Positions 56,533 through 64,000 of a DNA stretch of 64,000 nt are shown here, piece after piece. A model generated the notes under the pieces. The model was not told the DNA's origin. It saw nothing but the letters and a program-made list of their open reading frames with translations, and ran no database searches. How positions within the stretch are numbered: the stretch's first letter is position 1; every line of letters starts with the position of its first letter. This stretch comes from Clostridia bacterium (lineage in GTDB: Bacteria > Bacillota > Clostridia > Oscillospirales > CAG-382), in the NCBI GenBank assembly GCA_017620655.1, contig JAGAUT010000034.1, positions 68,844 through 132,843 on the forward strand, read 5' to 3'. Made by a program: the position numbers and the translations under genes.

Positions 56533-57909
56533 ATGGCAGGCTTAAAGAAAAACGACAACCTTGAACTTCATGTTGAAATGCTTCTCGGCAACGGAAACGG
56601 TCTTTGCAGGCTGGACGACGGCTTTGTGGTATTCGTACCGTCCGCCGCACCGGGAGATGTTATAAAGGCACATGTAATCAAGGTGACAAAAAGCTATGCC
56701 GTCGCAAAAATACTCGAAATAATACAGCCGTCACCATACCGAAATGAGGACGGCTGTCCTTTTTCAAAGAGTTGCGGCGGATGCACATTCCAACACATCA
56801 GCTATGAAAAAGAATGCGAGTTCAAGGAAAATACGGTAAACGATGCCCTGGAAAGAATAGGAAAGCTGAGTCTTCGTGTAGAAAAGTTCTACGGTGCAGA
56901 GAACGTCTGCTCATACAGAAACAAAGCTGTCTATCCCGTAGGAGTAAATAAAGACGGTAAGGCAATCTCGGGCTTTTATGCACCTATGTCACACAGGATT
57001 GCAGAGCATGACAAATGTATGATTTCAAACCCGGAATTTGCAAAAATACGTGACTGTGTAATTGAATTTATAAACGCAAGGGGCATTTCCGTTTACAACG
57101 AGGAAAACGGCAAGGGTCTTGTCAGAAGCATACATTTAAGAAGCGTAAAATCAGGTAACGTTTCACTGTCGCTTATTCTTAACGGCGACGCTCTTTTGTC
57201 AAAGGCGACAGAGGATGCCTTTGTAAAGGAAATTACTAAAAGCTTCCCATTCATAAAGACAATTCTTATAAATGTAAACACAAAAAACACAAATGTAATC
57301 CTAGGCAACAGCTGGAGAACACTTTACGGAGACGGTTTTATTTACGATGAGCTTCTCGGAAGACGCTTCCGCATTACCCCCGCTTCCTTCTGGCAGGTTA
57401 ACAGAGAGCAGGCAGAGGTTTTATACTCTGTGGCAAAGGAATATGCCGACATCAAGGAAGGCGAAAGCCTTGTCGACCTCTACTGCGGCACGGGTTCCGT
57501 GGGTCTTTGTCTTGCAGATAAAGGCACAAGGCTTTACGGTGTGGAGGTTGTTGAAGAAGCAGCAAAGGATGCACAGTTCAACGCCAACCTCAACGGCATT
57601 GACGGCAAGTTTATTGCCATCGAAACGGAAAACGCCCTTGACGACGAATATGTAAAGAATCTCCACCCTGACGTTATTACCGTTGACCCGCCACGAAAAG
57701 GCTGTGTAGGTGCGGTTGAGAAAATTGCAGCTTTGGGAGCAAAGCGAATCGTTTACATCTCCTGTGACCCTGCAACGCTTGCAAGGGATCTTAATGAGTT
57801 TGAGACGCTTGGGTATAAGGCAGTAAGGGCTAGTGCTGTTGATATGTTCCCGAGGACGGGGCATGTTGAATCCGTTGTTCTTTTAGAACAAGCGGATTCA
57901 GCGATATAA
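56533..57909 (+). CDS. rlmD: 23S rRNA (uracil-5-)-methyltransferase (RlmD/RumA family)
   Basis: A TRAM domain, the Fe-S cysteines CPFSKSCGGC, the SAM motif VDLYCGTGS and the catalytic region ISCDPATLARD. The last ~16 codons appear to be supplied by an inserted element (see findings). Confidence 0.85.
   Translation: MAGLKKNDNLELHVEMLLGNGNGLCRLDDGFVVFVPSAAPGDVIKAHVIKVTKSYAVAKILEIIQPSPYRNEDGCPFSKSCGGCTFQHISYEKECEFKENTVNDALERIGKLSLRVEKFYGAENVCSYRNKAVYPVGVNKDGKAISGFYAPMSHRIAEHDKCMISNPEFAKIRDCVIEFINARGISVYNEENGKGLVRSIHLRSVKSGNVSLSLILNGDALLSKATEDAFVKEITKSFPFIKTILINVNTKNTNVILGNSWRTLYGDGFIYDELLGRRFRITPASFWQVNREQAEVLYSVAKEYADIKEGESLVDLYCGTGSVGLCLADKGTRLYGVEVVEEAAKDAQFNANLNGIDGKFIAIETENALDDEYVKNLHPDVITVDPPRKGCVGAVEKIAALGAKRIVYISCDPATLARDLNEFETLGYKAVRASAVDMFPRTGHVESVVLLEQADSAI
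57862..57890 (+). repeat. Left copy of a 29-nt imperfect direct repeat (rlmD 3' codons HVESVVLLE)
   Basis: catgttgaaTCCgtTgtTcttttagaaca here versus catgttgaaAGTgtCgtGcttttagaaca at 59418-59446. 24 of 29 positions are identical, and every difference is synonymous. Confidence 0.8.
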
Positions 57910-58083
57910 ATTCCTGCCGGAATTTGCGATATACACCGTTGGCGTGCGATATACCTACGGTGCGATATGTCCCTTCGGGACGTGAAAAGGAATTTATATC
58001 ATATCGCAGTCGAACGAATGTGAGACTATATCGCATTTTGTCGAAGTCAAAATATATCGCACGAGCAAGGCGAGTATATCGCA
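57900..58083. repeat. Array of eight TGCGATAT(A/G) motifs, four direct then four inverted
   Basis: Forward copies are at 57901 (the preceding base is A instead of T, and it overlaps the rlmD stop), 57925, 57945 and 57961. Reverse-complement copies are at 58000-58008, 58027-58035, 58053-58061 and 58075-58083. A small hairpin gtccc-ttc-gggac sits at the centre (57969-57981). Confidence 0.85.
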
Positions 58084-58096
58084 AAAGGAGTAAACC

Positions 58097-58447
58097 ATGG
58101 AGAATAAAACAATCAAGGAATTAGCTATAGAACTCACAGTTGAAACAACTGCTATTTGTGATAGTATAAAAGGACGTACCGTTTTTACGAACCAATTACT
58201 TCGTTCTTGTTCATCAATTGGTGCTAACACACATGAAGCAAAATATGCTCAAAGCACTCCTGATTTCATAAGCAAGTTAGAAATTGCACTAAAAGAATGT
58301 TACGAAACAGAATATTGGCTTGAAGTTCTTTTCAAAGTGAATTCTATTGATGAAACTACATATAAACATTTAATTAACGAATGTGGAACAATAAGAAGAA
58401 AGCTCATTGCTTCTATAACTACAACAAAGAAAAAAAGGAATGTCTAA
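58097..58447 (+). CDS. Four-helix-bundle protein (23S rRNA intervening-sequence protein / Avd-like family)
   Basis: 116 aa. The block LLRSCSSIGANTHEAKYAQSTPDFISKLEIALKECYETEYWLEVL is the typical signature of this family. The RBS is AAAGGAG. Confidence 0.8.
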   Translation: MENKTIKELAIELTVETTAICDSIKGRTVFTNQLLRSCSSIGANTHEAKYAQSTPDFISKLEIALKECYETEYWLEVLFKVNSIDETTYKHLINECGTIRRKLIASITTTKKKRNV

Positions 58448-59048
58448 TATGAAATACACTGATGTTTTTAAAATGCCAAAGGCAACAACAATAATGGCAA
58501 GAACATCTAGTATAACAAATTCTTTTGTGAACGGAATAATACCTTGTATTGCTCCAGCAGAAGAAGAAATAAAAAGAGTTCTTAACATTTTAGATATGGA
58601 CAAGGATAATGTCAAATGCTCTTATTGTGGTGATAAATGTACTGAATGGGATCATTTTAGACCGCTTGTAAGAAACAAGCGACCAACAGGGTATATTTCT
58701 GAGATAAATAATCTTGTTCCCGCTTGTGGTAAATGCAATCAATCAAAAGGTAATAAATATTGGAAAGATTGGATATTAAGCGACGCACAACTTTCACCAA
58801 AAACTAGAAATATTCCTAATCTTGATATAATAATAGAAAAATTAGAAAATTTAGAGAGGCAAACAAAGCCTATAAAAATAGATTTTGAAATTATTATTGG
58901 TCATGAACTTTGGGAAAAGCACTGGGATAATTGTATTAAATTACATAATCAAATGCGAGAATGTCAAATAGTTTCAGAACAAATCAGAGAGATAATTAAC
59001 GAATCATTGAACGAAGAAAAAAGTTCAAAATACACTAACATTACATAG
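58440..59048 (+). CDS. HNH endonuclease
   Basis: CSYCG...EWDHFRPL...NLVPACGKCNQSKGNK is an HNH/Cys-box motif. It overlaps the upstream gene by 8 nt. Confidence 0.8.
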   Translation: MSNMKYTDVFKMPKATTIMARTSSITNSFVNGIIPCIAPAEEEIKRVLNILDMDKDNVKCSYCGDKCTEWDHFRPLVRNKRPTGYISEINNLVPACGKCNQSKGNKYWKDWILSDAQLSPKTRNIPNLDIIIEKLENLERQTKPIKIDFEIIIGHELWEKHWDNCIKLHNQMRECQIVSEQIREIINESLNEEKSSKYTNIT

Positions 59049-59105
59049 CGATAACTGTACTAACATCTTAAAAGAGAAAAAAGTTGGTATAATAGTTCAA
59101 AATGA

Positions 59106-59393
59106 TTTAAAAAACTTCTCGAATCAAATATTTTATCAGAATGCATAATTGAGAAACTCCAAGAGCAAGAATATTGCAAAAGTATTTTTGATATAAACTT
59201 TGCGGTTTTATCAAAACTACAAAATGGAACAAATATATCTGAACAGCGAAAAGACCTTTTAGTTCGTGATAGATATTATGCTACACCTATAACAATAAAT
59301 GACGAAAAGTATTTTTCGTCTTCTCAATGGTATGATAGGAACAAACAAAAACTAATTAACTTTCTAACAAAACACAACTCAGAAACTATGTGA
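59106..59393 (+). pseudogene. Start-less 95-codon open frame, probably the C-terminal remnant of a larger gene
   Basis: The frame is open from 59106 to the TGA at 59391-59393 with no ATG/GTG/TTG near its start. The translation is ...SECIIEKLQEQEYCKSIFDINFAVLSKLQNGTNISEQRKDLLVRDRYYATPITINDEKYFSSSQWYDRNKQKLINFLTKHNSETM. Confidence 0.4.
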
Positions 59394-59402
59394 TACTGTG
59401 GC

Positions 59403-59462
59403 ATACCCCACACAACACATGTTGAAAGTGTCGTGCTTTTAGAACATCGCACAACCCCTTGA
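59403..59462 (+). pseudogene. Displaced relic of an rlmD 3' end (IPHTTHVESVVLLEHRTTP*)
   Basis: It aligns codon for codon with FPRTGHVESVVLLEQADSAI* at 57847-57909. It contains the right copy of the direct repeat (59418-59446) and has no upstream coding continuity. Confidence 0.7.
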
Positions 59463-59487
59463 TTTTTCAAACACACAGTGCTATAAT
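59459..59487 (+). promoter_or_regulatory. coaX promoter with an extended -10
   Basis: TTGATT (59459-59464), 17-nt spacer, TGcTATAAT (59479-59487). Confidence 0.55.
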
Positions 59488-59518
59488 ATGCCCATATAAC
59501 ATGAAAGGAGCGATTGCT

Positions 59519-60283
59519 TTGACACTCTGTATCGACATAGGCAATTCAAACATAGTCTTTGGCGGCTTTGAAGACGAAAAGCTGTCATTTGTGGCAAGGA
59601 TTTCCACAAATACAGCCAAAACGGAGGACGAATATGCCGTTACAATTTTGGATGTGCTGTCGCTCCGTAATGTTGACAAGGAATCAATCAATGGATGTAT
59701 TATTTCATCGGTTGTTCCTCCCCTTAACTCGGTTATTAAAAATGCCGTAAAATCCGCCTTCGGCATCGACTCACTTGTTGTGGGTCCCGGTATCAAGACG
59801 GGTCTCGGTATTCATTGCGACAATCCCTCATCGGTGGGCTCGGACATCATCTGCGCCTGCGTTGCAGCAAACAAGCTCTACGGCAGTCCCTGTCTTGTTA
59901 TCGACATGGGCACGGCAACAAAAATGTCAGTCATTGACAAATCGGGCACATTTATCGGCGTTTCCATTATCCCCGGTGTTATCATGGGCATGAAGGCTTT
60001 ATCCGAGGGAACGGCACAGCTTCCGCAGATAAGCCTGGAAGCCCCAAAGGCACTTATCGGCAAAAACACCGCCGACAGCATGAAGTCGGGTATCGTTTTC
60101 GGAAACGCTTCCATGATTGACGGCATGATTGACAGATTCTGCGAAGAAACAAAAGAGGCTCTCAAGGTTATTGCAACGGGCGGTGTTTGCGAAACAATAA
60201 CCGGTTTTTGCAAGCACGGCATTATGGTTGACGAGCATCTTGTTCTCAAGGGACTTGACATTATATACAAAAAGAACAAATAA
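59519..60283 (+). CDS. coaX: Type III pantothenate kinase
   Basis: LTLCIDIGNSNIVFG at the N-terminus is the CoaX/ASKHA signature, along with LVIDMGTATK and ATGG. I prefer the TTG at 59519, which has an AAAGGAG RBS 8 nt upstream. An in-frame ATG at 59501 is the alternative. Confidence 0.85.
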   Translation: MTLCIDIGNSNIVFGGFEDEKLSFVARISTNTAKTEDEYAVTILDVLSLRNVDKESINGCIISSVVPPLNSVIKNAVKSAFGIDSLVVGPGIKTGLGIHCDNPSSVGSDIICACVAANKLYGSPCLVIDMGTATKMSVIDKSGTFIGVSIIPGVIMGMKALSEGTAQLPQISLEAPKALIGKNTADSMKSGIVFGNASMIDGMIDRFCEETKEALKVIATGGVCETITGFCKHGIMVDEHLVLKGLDIIYKKNK

Positions 60284-60368
60284 GAATGTGTATATTGCCC
60301 TTTAGGGGTTTATATAAAATTTATGCGTTGTACCTCGTTGGTGAGGACGACAGCAAGGAGGAATTCTC

Positions 60369-60950
60369 ATGGCATCAAACAGCAAGATGTCGACACAAAA
60401 GCTTGCATTGCTTGCCCTTCTCGGTGCGCTGGTTGCAATTCTTGCATACCTCGGCGGTTTTATCAGAATAGGCGGCTTTGCTTCAATCTCACTCACCCTT
60501 ATCCCCGTAGTTGTGGGGGCAGCACTATGCGGACCGGGAGCCGGCGGTTTCCTCGGAGGAGTTTCAGGCGCGGTATTTTTCCTGACGGCAGACTCGGTTT
60601 TCTGGCTCGGTCTCAGCATCCCCGGAACAATTATTACAGTTATGGTAAAGGGTATTTTATCAGGTTATCTTGCAGGTCTAACTTACAAGGCACTTGAAAA
60701 CAAAAACCGCTATCTTGCGGTTATTTGCTCGGCAATTGTATGCCCAGTAGTAAACACCGGCATATTCATTCTCGGCTGTTTTGTATTCTTTATGGATACA
60801 ATCAATGCAGGTGCTTCGGCCGAAGGAATGTCTGTAGGTGCATACCTCATCATTTTCTTTGTGGGTCTTAACTTTGTATTTGAGCTTTTATCCAACATAA
60901 TTTTAAGTCCCGTGATTTTAAGGCTTATAAACCTGAGAAAAAACAAATAA
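60369..60950 (+). CDS. ECF-transporter substrate-specific (S) component; substrate possibly pantothenate
   Basis: 193 aa with about 6 TM segments, Gly-rich helices and the usual S-component size. The pantothenate guess rests only on its position next to coaX. Confidence 0.6.
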   Translation: MASNSKMSTQKLALLALLGALVAILAYLGGFIRIGGFASISLTLIPVVVGAALCGPGAGGFLGGVSGAVFFLTADSVFWLGLSIPGTIITVMVKGILSGYLAGLTYKALENKNRYLAVICSAIVCPVVNTGIFILGCFVFFMDTINAGASAEGMSVGAYLIIFFVGLNFVFELLSNIILSPVILRLINLRKNK

Positions 60951-60957
60951 CATTCCC

Positions 60958-60977
60958 CCCTCGGCAAATGCCGAGGG
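60958..60977 (+). terminator. Hairpin after the ECF S-component gene
   Basis: ccctcggc (60958-60965) pairs with gccgaggg (60970-60977), followed by attcttta. Confidence 0.5.
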
Positions 60978-61108
60978 ATTCTTTATGTCTTTCGTAAAAA
61001 GTACGACAAAGATAAATTTTGTCTATATACGGTATGCTTTTTTGCTAGATATGGCAACCCGTAAATGCTACAATCTATTTATAACATAACACCTTGGAGG
61101 TATTAAGT

Positions 61109-62809
61109 ATGTCAAAGGTAGTAATAGACGTAAAGTTTCACGACGACGATTTTATATTTATCCCTGCCGCCTGCTATGATGGCAACCGATTCAGATGCTT
61201 AAAGAAAAAGTATCCGCCCATATTCACACCCGAAGAAGCAAAACTCGACATGGAAACCTGTATAACAGACGTTCCGAGGCTCAATCCCGACGGAAGCGGT
61301 AAAATCGAGCTTACAAGTGCTGACCCCGCAGTACCGTGTATAGGTGTATATAAAAGATGCGAGAACAAGGGTTATCTTCTCTTTACCGTTCAGGAAATAA
61401 ATGGCAAGAATTTGGGAATTGCTTACGAAAACGGCAAGATGATTCTCACATATCCCGCAAAGCGAGACGAGATATACTGCTGTTTCAAGATGATTAAGAA
61501 CGAAAAGCCGTATGTGGATGAAGAAGCCGAGATTCCCTACCAGCTTCTCGAATTTGAATGTCATTCCATTGAAGAGTTTTATCAAAAATTCTTTGACAAC
61601 CGCAAAATCATGGGACTCGACGACACGCTTCCGCCCGTTCTTTCCAAAGAAGAACAATGGGCAATCCACGCAGAAAAATATGACAACTACTGCTGGAGAG
61701 AAAAAGGCGAATACTATTCCCACAACGGCGAAAAGGGTCATCACGGCAACTGGCAACCCGGCTGGGTCGGCGGTGCAATGCAGACCTATGCCTTCTTAAA
61801 ATTAGGCACACCCCTTGAAAAAGAAAGTGCAATGAAAACTCTTAAGCACCTGTTCAAATATCAGGGCAAAAGCGGTCTATTCTACGGCGCAGTTGACAGA
61901 GAAGGAAACATTTTCAACGACGGCTTCTCAACAAAGGGCACAGAGGATTGGCTTCTCACGAGAAAATCCGCCGACTGTCTCTACTACGTGCTTCGTCAGT
62001 TTGAGCTTATGGAAAAGGTTCCCGAAGATTTTGAAAACGGTATAAAGAAAACAGCCGACTGTTTTGTAAATTTATGGCAAAGGTACGGTCAGATAGGTCA
62101 GTTTGCAGGTGCAGACAACGAAATTCTCTACGTCGGCGGTTCGACAAGCGCGGCCATAGTCTCTGCAGGACTTGTACTCGCCTTCAGATATTTCGGCGAC
62201 AAAAAGTATCTTGACGTAGCAATTGAAGCAGGCGAATACTACTACAAAAACTTTGCCTCAAAGGGTTACACAACAGGAGGTCCCGGCGAAATACTCTCCT
62301 GCCCCGACTCCGAGAGTGCATTCGGACTTTTAGAGAGTTATGTATGGCTCTACGACGAAACAAAAGACGAAAAGTGGTTAGAGTATGCAAAGCATACCGC
62401 CAACATCTGTTCAAGCTGGGTAGTTGCATACAACTTCAACTTCCCGAAAAACTGCGAGTTTGGAAGACTTGACATGAAAACAATCGGCTCTGTCATTGCC
62501 AACATTCAAAACAAGCATTCAGCTCCCGGCATCTGCACGTTATCGGGTACATCCCTCAGAAAGCTTGCCGAATGGACAGGCGACGACAGATACATGACTC
62601 TTTACAGAGAAGTGTCCGAAACGGTCAGCCAGTACATGTCAACAGACGCACGCCCTATTTTCGACCGTGAGGGCAACAAATCAAGAAGCGGCTTTATCTG
62701 CGAGAGAGTAAACATGTCCGACTGGGAAACAGATGCATGGATAGGCTCAATCTGGGCAGGCTCATGCTGGTGTGAAACTTCAAACATGGTCTGGCTTGCC
62801 GACATGTAG
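61109..62809 (+). CDS. Uncharacterized 566-aa protein, possibly an (alpha/alpha)6-barrel glycoside-hydrolase-like fold
   Basis: The ATG at 61109 has a GGAGG RBS 8 nt upstream. Helical repeat blocks (WQPGWVGGAMQTYAFLKL, DSESAFGLLESYVWLYDETKDEKWLEYAKH) recall GH88/GH105/epimerase-type toroids. This is a weak call made by eye. Confidence 0.4.
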   Translation: MSKVVIDVKFHDDDFIFIPAACYDGNRFRCLKKKYPPIFTPEEAKLDMETCITDVPRLNPDGSGKIELTSADPAVPCIGVYKRCENKGYLLFTVQEINGKNLGIAYENGKMILTYPAKRDEIYCCFKMIKNEKPYVDEEAEIPYQLLEFECHSIEEFYQKFFDNRKIMGLDDTLPPVLSKEEQWAIHAEKYDNYCWREKGEYYSHNGEKGHHGNWQPGWVGGAMQTYAFLKLGTPLEKESAMKTLKHLFKYQGKSGLFYGAVDREGNIFNDGFSTKGTEDWLLTRKSADCLYYVLRQFELMEKVPEDFENGIKKTADCFVNLWQRYGQIGQFAGADNEILYVGGSTSAAIVSAGLVLAFRYFGDKKYLDVAIEAGEYYYKNFASKGYTTGGPGEILSCPDSESAFGLLESYVWLYDETKDEKWLEYAKHTANICSSWVVAYNFNFPKNCEFGRLDMKTIGSVIANIQNKHSAPGICTLSGTSLRKLAEWTGDDRYMTLYREVSETVSQYMSTDARPIFDREGNKSRSGFICERVNMSDWETDAWIGSIWAGSCWCETSNMVWLADM

Positions 62810-62939
62810 CGGAGAGCCTCCGCCGGAAAACACACGGGTTGTGTTCTCAATAAACATTCCTTTAGTGTCGCTTAAACACCCCTTTGCGGTCATCAATCTC
62901 CGGCGACCGCAAAGTCAAAAGTCTACAATTACCAAACTC

Positions 62940-62963
62940 AAAGCCTCCCTTTCGGGAGGCTTT
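62940..62963. terminator. Bidirectional terminator between convergent genes
   Basis: aaagcctccc (62940-62949) pairs with gggaggcttt (62954-62963) around a tttc loop. The right flank is T-rich. Confidence 0.65.
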
Positions 62964-62976
62964 CTCATTTTTATTT

Positions 62977-63777
62977 TCATTTTTTATCTTCGATCATAGT
63001 CTTCAGTTTCGTTGCCGCTTCTCCAGCACGTTTATAATACTCCTCCGGTGACATGTCATCGTAGTAATTGGAGTTATGGCGTATAACCTCGAGCATAAGT
63101 GTACCTGTATACTTATGCTTTGCTATCTGCTCTGCAACATAATCATAGTCAAGCCTTCCGTCAAAGGGAAGCATATGCTCATCCATATTGAACTCGCGGT
63201 GGTTATCGTGAAGATGAAGTGCCGACAGTCTTTCGCCGAACAGCGGCATATATCTTCTGCCGTTTGTAAAGCACTCCTCATGTCCCACGTCCCAGCAAAA
63301 GCCTGCGTCTTTATATTCCTCAAGCACCGCCGCAATGTTTGCGACAAATCTTTGATTTTCATAGGCTATCTTTACGTTTTTCTTTGCGGCATGCTCCATA
63401 AGCCTGTCGAAACGGGAAAAGCCCACATCATTGATTCTGGGTGCGGGAATCCCTGAGGACAGGTGGACTATAAGCGTATCTGCACCGACAATTGTACATT
63501 TGTCGACACCGTCCAAAAGTTTTGACAGCATTTTTTCGCCGACGTCCGAATCTTTCCACATATCATTTATGCCCCTGAAAGGTGCATGCAAGGTATCAAA
63601 AACAATGCCGTATTTTGCCAGAAGCTTTGCGTTACTTTCGCACACTTCCTTTTTATGCGGAAAATCAAATGTTTTTGTAAAGCCGTTTTCCTTCATCAGC
63701 TCTGCCTGACATTCAAGACAAAGCTCGTTTTCTTCACCGTAACAGTAAAGGTTTATTCCCAAGTTCATTACAGGCAC
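62977..63777 (-). CDS. Sugar phosphate isomerase/epimerase (xylose isomerase-like TIM barrel)
   Basis: 266 aa with LHLHDN and CWDVGHE metal-site motifs typical of the AP endonuclease 2 / xylose-isomerase-like TIM family. Confidence 0.75.
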   Translation of the reverse strand: MPVMNLGINLYCYGEENELCLECQAELMKENGFTKTFDFPHKKEVCESNAKLLAKYGIVFDTLHAPFRGINDMWKDSDVGEKMLSKLLDGVDKCTIVGADTLIVHLSSGIPAPRINDVGFSRFDRLMEHAAKKNVKIAYENQRFVANIAAVLEEYKDAGFCWDVGHEECFTNGRRYMPLFGERLSALHLHDNHREFNMDEHMLPFDGRLDYDYVAEQIAKHKYTGTLMLEVIRHNSNYYDDMSPEEYYKRAGEAATKLKTMIEDKK

Positions 63778-63911
63778 CTCTTTTCACTTAAATTCTATCA
63801 CTTTTCTTCATCTATTTCAACACTTTTTTGAGCTCTGTGCATTTTTTGAGTGTGCAGGAGAATAATATTAAATGCACACGAGTGTAATCAAACAAAGAAA
63901 GGTGAGAATTT

Positions 63912-64000
63912 ATGAATCCCTTTGAAATGAAATCAAAACCTGTTGACGCGGCGTTTTACGACTGGTCACACCTCTACCCCGTCTCCTACAACAAGATGTC
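63912..64000 (+). CDS. Hypothetical protein, N-terminal fragment (continues beyond the window)
   Basis: The ATG at 63912 is preceded by an AAAGGTGAG RBS. The frame stays open to the window end (MNPFEMKSKPVDAAFYDWSHLYPVSYNKM). Confidence 0.4.
   Translation, partial: MNPFEMKSKPVDAAFYDWSHLYPVSYNKM

Larger units (their letters stand above)
57891..59417 (+). mobile_element. Putative decayed insertion islet (~1.5 kb, visibly AT-rich) in the 3' end of rlmD
   Basis: It is bounded by the two diverged copies of the rlmD C-terminal coding segment. It contains a motif array, a four-helix-bundle gene, an HNH gene and a start-less ORF remnant. No integrase or transposase is present. Confidence 0.5.

Noticed and set aside
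57900-58083. Could the TGCGATATA array be a CRISPR array or a single long hairpin?
   Set aside because: The repeat unit is only 9 nt, the spacing is irregular (16-27 nt) and the orientation flips midway. Inter-repeat sequences are not complementary, and there are no cas genes.
62810-62939. Several hairpins in the convergent spacer, including a 10-bp stem (62882-62891 with 62905-62914), as a possible small RNA or REP element.
   Set aside because: There is no T-tract, promoter or second copy in the window. They are most simply read as additional 3'-UTR stabilising structure ahead of the clear bidirectional terminator at 62940-62963.

Overview
This 64 kb window looks like a chromosomal segment of a moderate-GC Firmicute, probably a sporulating Clostridia-type organism. 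That taxonomic guess is inferred from gene content only: glgBCDAP order, IreB, RuvX, a SpoVID-like LysM protein tail, a GAAC-N4-GTTY LexA box and an ECF S-component. I support about 50 CDS, mostly on the minus strand, plus one tRNA-Arg(CCT) and an RNase P RNA.

Main blocks, in order:
- pncB, then an AraC-rich stretch with three AraC regulators around one Gfo/Idh/MocA oxidoreductase.
- A visibly AT-rich islet of small exported proteins with an XRE/DUF2975 pair, next to the tRNA.
- A complete glycogen operon, glgB-glgC-glgD-glgA-glgP plus a GH13 enzyme.
- Housekeeping genes: an MFS transporter, ireB, a CDF transporter, an N-terminally truncated ParB/Noc-like gene, rsmG, ruvX, rnpB, a P-loop protein, dusB, a U32-family gene, mreC, comEC, holA, comFC and lexA.
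- A tight 12.4 kb seven-gene sugar-ABC-type operon.
- An ABC-F ATPase, uvrA, recG, prsA and rlmD.
- A ~1.5 kb AT-rich insertion that has replaced the 3' end of rlmD.
- coaX, an ECF S-component and a few sugar-related genes.

Best candidates for something undescribed:
1. The ABC operon at 35.3-47.8 kb. It has an 1100-aa solute-binding protein (SBP) with no lipobox and CBM-like modules, a secreted-repeat/Yip1-like membrane fusion, a 955-aa DUF5696-like exoprotein and two permease pairs. It has no ATPase and no regulator.
2. The rlmD 3'-end replacement islet. It carries a 4+4 array of TGCGATATA motifs, a four-helix-bundle/HNH gene pair and a start-less ORF remnant.
3. A ~400 nt ORF-free, hairpin-dense spacer between ruvX and rnpB with its own plus-strand terminator.

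All family assignments come from reading motifs in the translations and from memory of those families. No database search, covariance model or GC calculation was run.
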